Both the position numbers and the translations under genes were made by a program. The notes under the pieces were generated by a model that saw only the letters and a program-made list of their open reading frames with translations, was not told where the DNA came from and searched no databases. This document shows positions 26,158 through 32,278 of a DNA stretch of 32,278 nt, piece by piece; within the stretch, counting starts at the first letter, position 1, and every line of letters begins with the position of its first letter. The stretch is taken from IMG/VR virus record IMGVR_UViG_3300021142_000017, one strand, 5' to 3'. This DNA is from an uncultured virus (IMG/VR IMGVR_UViG_3300021142_000017). Lineage: Duplodnaviria > Heunggongvirae > Uroviricota > Caudoviricetes.

Positions 26158-27675
26158 TTACGCCACAGTAACGGTGGTTCCACCGTTGTACTGACCGATG
26201 TTGATTACTACGAATTCAGCTGGGCGTTGTAGAGCAACTCCAACTTGAATATTTACAATTCCATTATCAATGGAACTTTGTGGGTTGTTATCTGCGTCGC
26301 ACTTAACGAAGTAAGCGTTAGCAGGACTTGTACCTGATAGCCCACCTTGAGACCAGAATGATGTCAAGAATGCACTGCAGGTTGCGTTAATACGAGACCA
26401 AAGAAGGGCATCGTTTGGCTCAAATGTTGCAAATCGTGTGATATCACGAAGAACCTTCTCAATGTAAATAAGGCTACGACGGACTGGTACGTAACGGTCT
26501 ACATATCCACCTTTAAGTGTACGAGCGCCAAATACTACGATTCCAGAACCTGAGATATAACGGATTGCGTTAACTGGTGGGTTGGTGCTGTTTAGGCTAT
26601 CCAAGTCCGCCATTGATAGTGAAGGAACTGATACTACGCCTGCAAGACGAGCTTGTAGACCAGCTGGTGCCTTAAAGACTCCACGAGATGTATCTGTTGC
26701 TGCATATAGACCTACTACAGCAGGGCCTGCTCCAACAGTCTTAACTGCGCCTGTTGTAGCACCTACAGTAGCTGTTGGGTCAGCAATTGTAAGTTGTGGG
26801 TAGTAAACAGCAGCATATGAAGTTGCTGTATAGGTAGCAGCTAGAGTTAACTGATTAGCAGCAGTGTCATTGATTCCATCAATAACTACAAATACATCGT
26901 TTGGACGAGTTGTTCCAGTTGCGTATGAGATAGCCCCATTAACTGTTGTAGCATCTGTGTATCCTGGGATGTTAAGTACCAAAGATTGTGGGATGGTGTC
27001 ATAGAGGCTAAGTGAGCTTAGAATGTTTGTGCTTGTAACAGCTGAGCCGTCTGAGCCTGTGCTTAGAGCAGAGTTTGTGACTGTTGATGGATTACGGGTT
27101 GCGCCAGTAGCGGTTGAGCCCATATCTGTTGCTACAAGGTATGTTGAGTTGTTATTAATAACGGTTACAGCATAACGAGAATCTGTAGCTGTCATTGATA
27201 CATCGTTCCATTGCTCAACAATGTTTCCAGCAGCAGAGCCAGCATAATAAACTACAACGTTAAAGTAACCAGTAGTTGTAGAGGCAGCAATGCTGATATT
27301 GATGCTGTTGCCCCAAGCGCCTACGTTTGCTGCTGTTAGCTTCAAAGTAGCTGCTGGACTTCCTGCTCCATCATTAAATGTGCGGGTAGCGGCTGATGCG
27401 CTAGAGCCAGCAACACGGTTTACATAGGCTGTGTTTCCACCATTAGCAAAGTACATGTACAGAGCAAGTGGAAGGTTGTTAGATTGAGTTGTGTTCCAAG
27501 AACCAAATGCGTTTACATATTGACTCCAAGAAGTTACCAAAGTAGGTGTTGTTGGTCCGCGGTCATTCGCGCCAACAAAGGCAGCAACAGTATTTGATGC
27601 AGCTCCTGCTATTGGTTGAATAGGGTTTAGCGTCTCTTGAACGTACACCCCAGGGCGTAGGTAGGCTGATGGCAT
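26158..27675 (-). CDS. Contractile tail sheath protein
   Basis: YLRPGVYVQE, FVG...RGP, F.NGG, RGVFKAPAG, FGARTL, YVPVRR, FEPND..LW, PAEFVVI. Confidence 0.96.
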   Translation of the reverse strand: MPSAYLRPGVYVQETLNPIQPIAGAASNTVAAFVGANDRGPTTPTLVTSWSQYVNAFGSWNTTQSNNLPLALYMYFANGGNTAYVNRVAGSSASAATRTFNDGAGSPAATLKLTAANVGAWGNSINISIAASTTTGYFNVVVYYAGSAAGNIVEQWNDVSMTATDSRYAVTVINNNSTYLVATDMGSTATGATRNPSTVTNSALSTGSDGSAVTSTNILSSLSLYDTIPQSLVLNIPGYTDATTVNGAISYATGTTRPNDVFVVIDGINDTAANQLTLAATYTATSYAAVYYPQLTIADPTATVGATTGAVKTVGAGPAVVGLYAATDTSRGVFKAPAGLQARLAGVVSVPSLSMADLDSLNSTNPPVNAIRYISGSGIVVFGARTLKGGYVDRYVPVRRSLIYIEKVLRDITRFATFEPNDALLWSRINATCSAFLTSFWSQGGLSGTSPANAYFVKCDADNNPQSSIDNGIVNIQVGVALQRPAEFVVINIGQYNGGTTVTVA

Positions 27676-27698
27676 TATATTATCTCCTTATTGTTTAC

Positions 27699-28340
27699 TT
27701 AATTTACAGATGGTGGTAGAGGTAGCATTCCAGACGGGATGTACGAAGTGGTAGCGTTGATATCAACGTATTGAACATTCTTTGTAGCAGTAGCCGCCTG
27801 TGCAGGGGTCATTTCACTGAGTACTCGAATGGACAATACATTTCTAAGAAGACGACGGTTTCCAGTTTCACCTTCAACTGCGTCTCTCTTTACAAATCCA
27901 TCAAGAAACATTGAACGGCTACTGTTCTCAGTACCTAGTTGATTAGGCACGATTAGGTATCCGTACTTTGATGGAAACTTATTTAGTAATTGGTACATAA
28001 GCGCTCGGTCATGGCGCGGATGACGGGAGTAAGAAGTCACTTGATATACAAGGTCATAGGCAACAGGGGTGATGTATGTATATGAGTATCCAGATACTGG
28101 TGTCTGTGTGCCGCGGTTATCGTTATCCACCATGTAACCATATGTCTGACGCTCGTTACCAGGCATAATGTCAATGAGGTCAATTGTAATAAATGGGAAT
28201 GTTTGGTCGCGTACTTCCACGTCAGGGTAGCCAAACCAAGACTTAACTGGGCGGCTAGCATTAACATCATCAGATACTGTGATGCCTGAGAGCAAAGTTT
28301 TTAGAGCTAGGTCCTCAGCAATAATAAATGGATTACCCAT
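27699..28340 (-). CDS. Putative tail terminator / completion protein
   Basis: FPFITIDL...P.AYDL.YQV...R.P.HDR. It lies directly upstream of the sheath. Confidence 0.6.
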   Translation of the reverse strand: MGNPFIIAEDLALKTLLSGITVSDDVNASRPVKSWFGYPDVEVRDQTFPFITIDLIDIMPGNERQTYGYMVDNDNRGTQTPVSGYSYTYITPVAYDLVYQVTSYSRHPRHDRALMYQLLNKFPSKYGYLIVPNQLGTENSSRSMFLDGFVKRDAVEGETGNRRLLRNVLSIRVLSEMTPAQAATATKNVQYVDINATTSYIPSGMLPLPPSVN

Positions 28341-28678
28341 TACATAATCCCCAATGAATGAAATAGCTCTGGAACTATTTGGGTTTCTAAAGTCTGTCTA
28401 ATAATAGATGGGGCTCTATAAATAAATGGGCGGATAACGGCATTAGGAAGTCCTTGAAAAGCGCCATACTCTAAGTCTTCAATTTCTTGGCGCATGCTAT
28501 CTGGGTAGTTAACAAATAGCTCAAAATTCTCATTAAGCTCTACAGATAGATTTACAATGATTTCTTCAGGCCAGCCAGATTTTTCAGCTAGGGAGTGAAG
28601 TAGCTTTGTTAGCGGCTCAATAAGTTCTTTGGCAGCCGAGTCAGAGAGATGCTCTAGGTTATCGTTTTTTAATAGCAC
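28340..28678 (-). CDS. Hypothetical protein (neck/tail completion candidate)
   Basis: GWP...LEYG...P...IRPF. It is TAATG-coupled to the next gene. Confidence 0.6.
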   Translation of the reverse strand: MLLKNDNLEHLSDSAAKELIEPLTKLLHSLAEKSGWPEEIIVNLSVELNENFELFVNYPDSMRQEIEDLEYGAFQGLPNAVIRPFIYRAPSIIRQTLETQIVPELFHSLGIM

Positions 28679-28811
28679 GCTTAACCGCTTTGCTTATTAG
28701 ATATCCTGCAGCCACTCCTTGGAGTAAACCTGTTTTGCCAGGGTGCGGAATATTATCGACAATTGCTTGCGCAAATTCGATATCCGACGGTTTGTCTAAT
28801 TTTTCAGACAC
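28659..28811 (-). CDS. Hypothetical 50-aa protein
   Basis: Not in the ORF track. GTG start with SD AAGGAG: MSEKLDKPSDIEFAQAIVDNIPHPGKTGLLQGVAAGYLISKAVKRAIKKR. Confidence 0.7.
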   Translation of the reverse strand: MSEKLDKPSDIEFAQAIVDNIPHPGKTGLLQGVAAGYLISKAVKRAIKKR

Positions 28812-28888
28812 GGCAAATCTCCTTTAGGAGGCAAGATACTTCGCAAGGGTGGTGCTTAGTTACCCGCACGGGCAACTAATATAAGGAT

Positions 28889-28916
28889 AAACGAAAGGGC
28901 GCCTTTCGGCGCCCTT
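28889..28916 (-). terminator. Intrinsic terminator after the basic micro-protein cluster
   Basis: AAGGGCGCC-GAAA-GGCGCCCTT then TCGTTT: a GC-rich stem, GNRA loop and U-rich tail. Confidence 0.8.
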
Positions 28917-28935
28917 AAGTCAATACAATCTTTAT

Positions 28936-29157
28936 TTACTTAGACTTCTTCACCTTAGCGGCTAGAGCCTTGTCCATCTTCATATCAGCCTTAGCAGATG
29001 GCTTCTTAGCATCCATCTTCTTATCGGCCTTTGCGAATGCACCCTTTTGCTTAGGGGTCATTCCCTTCATAACTTTAGCGTCTTGCTTCTTATCGGCTTT
29101 CTTGCAAGCTCCCTTGCAATTTGGCTTAGAGCATCCGCAGCCACATGATTTGCACAT
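28936..29157 (-). CDS. Cys-rich/Lys-rich small protein, 73 aa
   Basis: MCKSCGCGC...; 6 Cys in the first 18 residues; 23 Lys; KADKKxDAK repeats; TAATG-coupled. Confidence 0.8.
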   Translation of the reverse strand: MCKSCGCGCSKPNCKGACKKADKKQDAKVMKGMTPKQKGAFAKADKKMDAKKPSAKADMKMDKALAAKVKKSK

Positions 29158-29330
29158 TATTTCTTCTCGTCTCTCTTGCCTTTAACAGCAAGCTTAGTCA
29201 TTTTTGCCTGTCCATACTTTTTACGCCCAGCAACAGCAGCAACTGCAGCGGGATTCTTAGCTCCTGATTTGGCAGCCTCAGCTTCAATTTTCTTAAAACG
29301 AGCTCCTGAACCTAATTTAGCTTTAGCCAT
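29157..29330 (-). CDS. Small basic protein, 57 aa
   Basis: Not in the ORF track: MAKAKLGSGARFKKIEAEAAKSGAKNPAAVAAVAGRKKYGQAKMTKLAVKGKRDEKK. TAATG overlaps at both ends. Confidence 0.8.
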   Translation of the reverse strand: MAKAKLGSGARFKKIEAEAAKSGAKNPAAVAAVAGRKKYGQAKMTKLAVKGKRDEKK

Positions 29331-29431
29331 TATTTATCCTTCTTCGCTTGCTTAGCAGCGCGCTTTTCTTTAAGAGTCATCTTAGGCTCTTTTTTGGTGT
29401 TGGCATTTCCCTTTTGTTCTTTATTTGCCAT
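29330..29431 (-). CDS. Small basic protein, 33 aa
   Basis: Not in the ORF track: MANKEQKGNANTKKEPKMTLKEKRAAKQAKKDK. SD AAGGAG; TAATG-coupled downstream. Confidence 0.72.
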   Translation of the reverse strand: MANKEQKGNANTKKEPKMTLKEKRAAKQAKKDK

Positions 29432-29552
29432 CTTTTTTCTCCTTTACCTTTTCAGGTAGTTTACCCTTTGGTGTTTCTTTTTGCCATTGGCGCGCCATCT
29501 TAGGCATATGTATATACATATAGCCTTTTTGCGCTTCTGACTTAAATGGCAT
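29421..29552 (-). CDS. Small basic protein, 43 aa
   Basis: Not in the ORF track: MPFKSEAQKGYMYIHMPKMARQWQKETPKGKLPEKVKEKKDGK. TAATG-coupled to the upstream gene. Confidence 0.78.
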   Translation of the reverse strand: MPFKSEAQKGYMYIHMPKMARQWQKETPKGKLPEKVKEKKDGK

Positions 29553-30040
29553 TATCCGACGTTAAAAATATTAAGGTTAACGCTTGGAGAAGCAGGGCGA
29601 GTAGGGTTAGTTCCCGCAGCAGTTGGTGTTAAAGCCATTCCTGTTGCAGCAGCTTGCCAGTAGAACTGAATGTAATCACCTGCGTTTGCAGTGATAATTT
29701 GCTCTACGTTACCAAGCGTTTGAGCTCCTTGAGCACTAGTAGTAGTAAAAGTGTACGCGGACTCAGGAATAATTGTTCCGTTTTTTGCAATCCACACTGT
29801 TACGTGATAATCGCTGGCACCGCCTGTAAAGGAAAACTGACCTAAAAAGTTAACCAAATATGCACCTGCATTAGTAAAGGTAACTTTACCCTGAGAGCCA
29901 ACTGAAACTCCTTTAGAAGAAGATGCAGAGTTAATAGTTACAAGGTTAGCTGAGGTAGACCCAGCGTTGCTTTGAGTTGTAGTATCGTAAAAACTGCCGT
30001 AGTAAAGTGTGGCGGGGGCAAGGCTTTTCTTTACGCTCAT
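29552..30040 (-). CDS. C1q/BclA-C-like beta-sandwich virion protein
   Basis: YGSFYDTTTQ...VTF.NAG.Y.VNF..QF...VWIAKNG...AGDYIQ. Confidence 0.6.
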   Translation of the reverse strand: MSVKKSLAPATLYYGSFYDTTTQSNAGSTSANLVTINSASSSKGVSVGSQGKVTFTNAGAYLVNFLGQFSFTGGASDYHVTVWIAKNGTIIPESAYTFTTTSAQGAQTLGNVEQIITANAGDYIQFYWQAAATGMALTPTAAGTNPTRPASPSVNLNIFNVG

Positions 30041-30348
30041 GCTGTTGTCACCAACAATACTGCTACGTTAGAAGAACCGCTTGAGATTGCCCACACATTT
30101 TCATTTCCTCCAAGGAGGTCAATTGAAACAGAAGCCCCTGGTACTAAAGAGATACCATAGTTTGAAGAGGTAACTCCAGAGGCGCCAAGATATACGGTAG
30201 CAGCGGTGTCTACGTTTTCAACGTATACGGTGGCTGACTGCCAAGTGTAATTTTTTTCACCAGTTACTGGGTCTGTAATTATTGCGTTTGCGTTTAAGTC
30301 AACAGCTGTTGAACTGTTAAGTGCAACTGTTGCATGAGATAGTGCCAT
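30037..30348 (-). CDS. Small beta-rich virion (decoration-like) protein
   Basis: VEN......VYLG..GVT.SNYG..L.PG pattern. SD AAGGAG. Confidence 0.6.
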   Translation of the reverse strand: MALSHATVALNSSTAVDLNANAIITDPVTGEKNYTWQSATVYVENVDTAATVYLGASGVTSSNYGISLVPGASVSIDLLGGNENVWAISSGSSNVAVLLVTTA

Positions 30349-30356
30349 GGGTCTCC

Positions 30357-30887
30357 TTAGTTGGCGTAACTAGCAAATTGAGGGTCATTGACCAGTTCTT
30401 CAGGCATGACCTGAATACAGTCAATGGATAACAAAGTATAGCGTTCAGCAACTATACCGCGTTGCTGAGTTAAATATGGGCGATACACTTCGCCTTTCCA
30501 GACTACGCGGCTTTTGTCCTGTTGGCCGATAGAGTAAATCTGGGATTCAAGGGTAGGGTCAATAGCATTAAGGTCTTCAATATTAATTGTAAGGTGGAGC
30601 TCATCGGCTTTATAGAAACCAGCCTGAGAAGTCTTAGCGTTACCTTGAGAGATAACGGCGCGCACAATAGGAATGCTATAAGGTCCATACCACTTACGGC
30701 CACCACCAGATACAGATACCCCATCGCCCACATCATAGATAGGGTCAATGTTTGTGTCGGTGATATCAAAGAACCACCATTGAGCTGTTGTTCCTACGGG
30801 ATTGCGCAACTCAGAGTTAACACCAGATAAGATGTCATTGGTCTCAAAGTCGGAGTTAAACCGACCTCCTTGTGTATAGCCGCGCAT
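30357..30887 (-). CDS. Putative head-tail connector / head closure protein
   Basis: DPIYDVG...R.W.GP..IP...GFY..D.L...RVVWKG.VY. Located upstream of the tail module. Confidence 0.55.
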   Translation of the reverse strand: MRGYTQGGRFNSDFETNDILSGVNSELRNPVGTTAQWWFFDITDTNIDPIYDVGDGVSVSGGGRKWYGPYSIPIVRAVISQGNAKTSQAGFYKADELHLTINIEDLNAIDPTLESQIYSIGQQDKSRVVWKGEVYRPYLTQQRGIVAERYTLLSIDCIQVMPEELVNDPQFASYAN

Positions 30888-30901
30888 AGGTTTATTATTC
30901 C

Positions 30902-31342
30902 TTACTTGTCGTCTTTTGTAAGGTGCTGTGCAGCAGCCTCTGTGCCCGCTTTTCTATATCTAAAAGTCTCCCACAAAGGGGATGGAATTGAATGGATACC
31001 GTAGAGAGTTCTGTGATGAGCAGTGCATAGAACCTCTAGATTGCCTGGACTTTCAATCCAATTTTGAAACTCTTCATCGCTTTCAAAGTGGACTCCAAAA
31101 GCGCGCTCAACCTTTGTTGGGTCCATAGAGTTAACCTGTGAGAACTCAATATGGCTGTGGTGGAGTTCAGGGCCTCCAGAGCATAGGTCATCATTAATGA
31201 TGCACTTCCATAGCCCCGTTTTTTTAATCCGCGCCTTAGCTTGATTAAAGAGATGATAATGAGGGTCTGACTCTCTAGGTTCATGCTCAGGAGTAGATAC
31301 AACTAAATGTAAGTTTAATTGTTCTTTATGGGCATCGGTCAT
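30902..31342 (-). CDS. HNH-like His/Cys-rich protein
   Basis: C.I....C...ELHHSHIE ... NLEVLC.AHH...GIH resembles the HNH beta-beta-alpha-metal motif. Confidence 0.6.
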   Translation of the reverse strand: MTDAHKEQLNLHLVVSTPEHEPRESDPHYHLFNQAKARIKKTGLWKCIINDDLCSGGPELHHSHIEFSQVNSMDPTKVERAFGVHFESDEEFQNWIESPGNLEVLCTAHHRTLYGIHSIPSPLWETFRYRKAGTEAAAQHLTKDDK

Positions 31343-31490
31343 TTACCCATTATCTCTTACTTATATTCTTTTGGCGCCCGAAACTACTTTTACTCTTTTT
31401 TATTACACTAAAATTTATTATAGCGGTCAAAGAATACACGTTGGAATTTACGCATATCAACGTCATATTTATCGCTCCCTTTGTAGAGTG

Positions 31491-31715
31491 CTAAGGTAGC
31501 AGGTATGGAGCTATCTGCAAATCAGCATTAGCCCTTAATTGAGCGTAAGTTCCTATTTCAAATTCATCATCTGTAGTTTTTTTCATATGGGGGCAAAATG
31601 CACGAGCTTGCTCCATGCACTCTAAGTGAAATGGATGAACATCAGAAAATACCCTTGGACCTGACCTAGTTAAAGGTTTATCTCTAGTTGTCCATCTAAT
31701 ATCTTGGGAGGGAAA
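31491..31715 (-). pseudogene. 5'-truncated gene fragment
   Basis: 74-codon frame (FPSQDIRWTTRDKPL...VFSDVHPFHLECMEQARAFCPHM...) begins right after an in-frame TAG. It has no start codon until codon 34. Confidence 0.55.
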
Positions 31716-31722
31716 CTATACC

Positions 31723-31851
31723 TTACTTAGAAAGAACAACGATTTCGCTATCTGAAAGACCCAAAACTTTAAGCTTAGCTGCTGCGCTAGAAATAGCTTG
31801 AGTCTCAAAGTCTGTATTAAAATGACCACCAGGACTGCATGCGCGGGTCAT
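31723..31851 (-). pseudogene. 42-aa chimeric mini-ORF
   Basis: MTRACSPGGHFNTDFETQAISSAAAKLKVLGLSDSEIVVLSK with SD AAGGA. The N-terminus resembles the N-terminus of 30357..30887. Confidence 0.5.
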
Positions 31852-31862
31852 GATTGGTTTCC

Positions 31863-32278
31863 TTAGTTAATTGGGTAACGAATAATTACTAAACCAGAAC
31901 CGCCTGCTGCTCCAGGTGCAGCGTATGAAGAGTTATTTCCACCGCCACCACCACCAGTGTTTGCTGTTCCCGCAGTAGATGCTACTCCTGCAGCGTTGTT
32001 GTATGCGCCTGCTCCACCACCGCCAAGACCGCCTAAAGTACCAGGAGACGTGTTTGTTCCGCCGCCTCCACCACCAGCGTAGTAGTAACTTCCACCGACA
32101 TTTTGCCCAGTCTGTGTTGCGTATCCCCAGTTAGTAAAGAGTGAAGTTCCAACACCGCCGTTGGCTCCAACTCCTGCAGTTCCAGTTCCTCCAACACCGC
32201 CTGCTCCACCGCCACCTCCACCACCGTTGTTGGCTCCACCTCCACCAGCATTTCCGTAACCAATGGCACTAGCACCCG
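31863..32278 (-). CDS. Glycine-rich fibre/adhesin-like protein (N-terminus outside the window)
   Basis: The frame from 32276 reads GASAIGYGNAGGGG...YYAGGGGG...GTANTGGGGGG...GGSGLVIIRYPIN*, the typical end of a phage glycine-rich domain. The ORF track shows the wrong frame. Confidence 0.85.
   Translation of the reverse strand, partial: GASAIGYGNAGGGGANNGGGGGGGAGGVGGTGTAGVGANGGVGTSLFTNWGYATQTGQNVGGSYYYAGGGGGGTNTSPGTLGGLGGGGAGAYNNAAGVASTAGTANTGGGGGGNNSSYAAPGAAGGSGLVIIRYPIN

Noticed and set aside
14615..28340. Stand-alone eCIS or tailocin locus
   Set aside because: It is contiguous and co-oriented with phage replication and head-tail genes. No Afp15-like ATPase or toxin cargo is visible.
28812..28935. 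tRNA or a known riboswitch/ribozyme in the largest structured spacer
   Set aside because: There is no cloverleaf or T-loop, and I recognise no known consensus. It is kept only as a candidate leader.
496..30830. All plus-strand ORFs in the track (e.g. 23077..23613, 8606..8941, 25078..25392)
   Set aside because: They are antisense shadows of well-supported minus-strand genes, with no recognisable motifs.
1546..31302. Nested minus-strand alternative-frame ORFs (1546..1776, 3118..3321, 6876..7082, 7407..7727, 30503..30769, 31036..31302 and others)
   Set aside because: They lie within or overlap recognisable genes and have no motifs of their own.
31350..31466. 38-aa ORF MTLICVNSNV... with SD GGGAG
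   Set aside because: Other frames look more protein-like, so it is treated as a deletion scar rather than a gene.
30840..31851. Duplicated segment as a DGR template/variable repeat pair
   Set aside because: The similarity is short and N-terminal, the differences are not adenine-specific, and no reverse transcriptase is present in the window.
32033..32275. 80-aa V/E/L-rich ORF
   Set aside because: It is an out-of-frame reading of the glycine-rich gene ending at 31863.
31900..32278. CCACCGCC-type repeats as a CRISPR array or tandem repeat
   Set aside because: They are explained by poly-Gly codons, with no repeat-spacer periodicity.

Overview
This 32.3-kb window is a segment of a tailed-phage genome with a contractile tail. 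Every credible gene is on the minus strand. A WhiB-family gene, missed by the ORF track and truncated at the left edge, together with a GC content of roughly 40% (estimated by eye), points to a low-GC actinobacterial host, plausibly freshwater acI/Nanopelagicales (inference). In transcription order, right to left: (1) the end of a glycine-rich fibre-like gene, a zone of apparent gene remnants, an HNH-like gene, head-tail/decoration genes and four tiny Lys-rich genes; (2) a contractile-tail module with sheath, tube, gp26/gp51-like chaperone pair, tape measure with tail-lysozyme domain, LysM, hub, spike, gp25, baseplate J and wedge/fibre; (3) a replication and recombination module with HTH initiator, DnaC-like loader, SWIM, DnaB, primase, an inserted secreted S8 protease, dNMP kinase, SNF2 helicase, RHH, MerR-HTH, SSB, PolA, RecA, resolvase and WhiB. 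The most interesting signals are RBS-sequestering hairpins that overlap their own promoters' start sites, a hairpin loop complementary to the operon leader, a candidate +1 frameshift, a spike OB-fold with a His-rich insertion, and a polybasic micro-protein cluster with a HypB-type CxxCGC motif. I saw no tRNA, rRNA, CRISPR array, integrase or reverse transcriptase. Protein calls rest on motif recognition and synteny only; no database searches were run.
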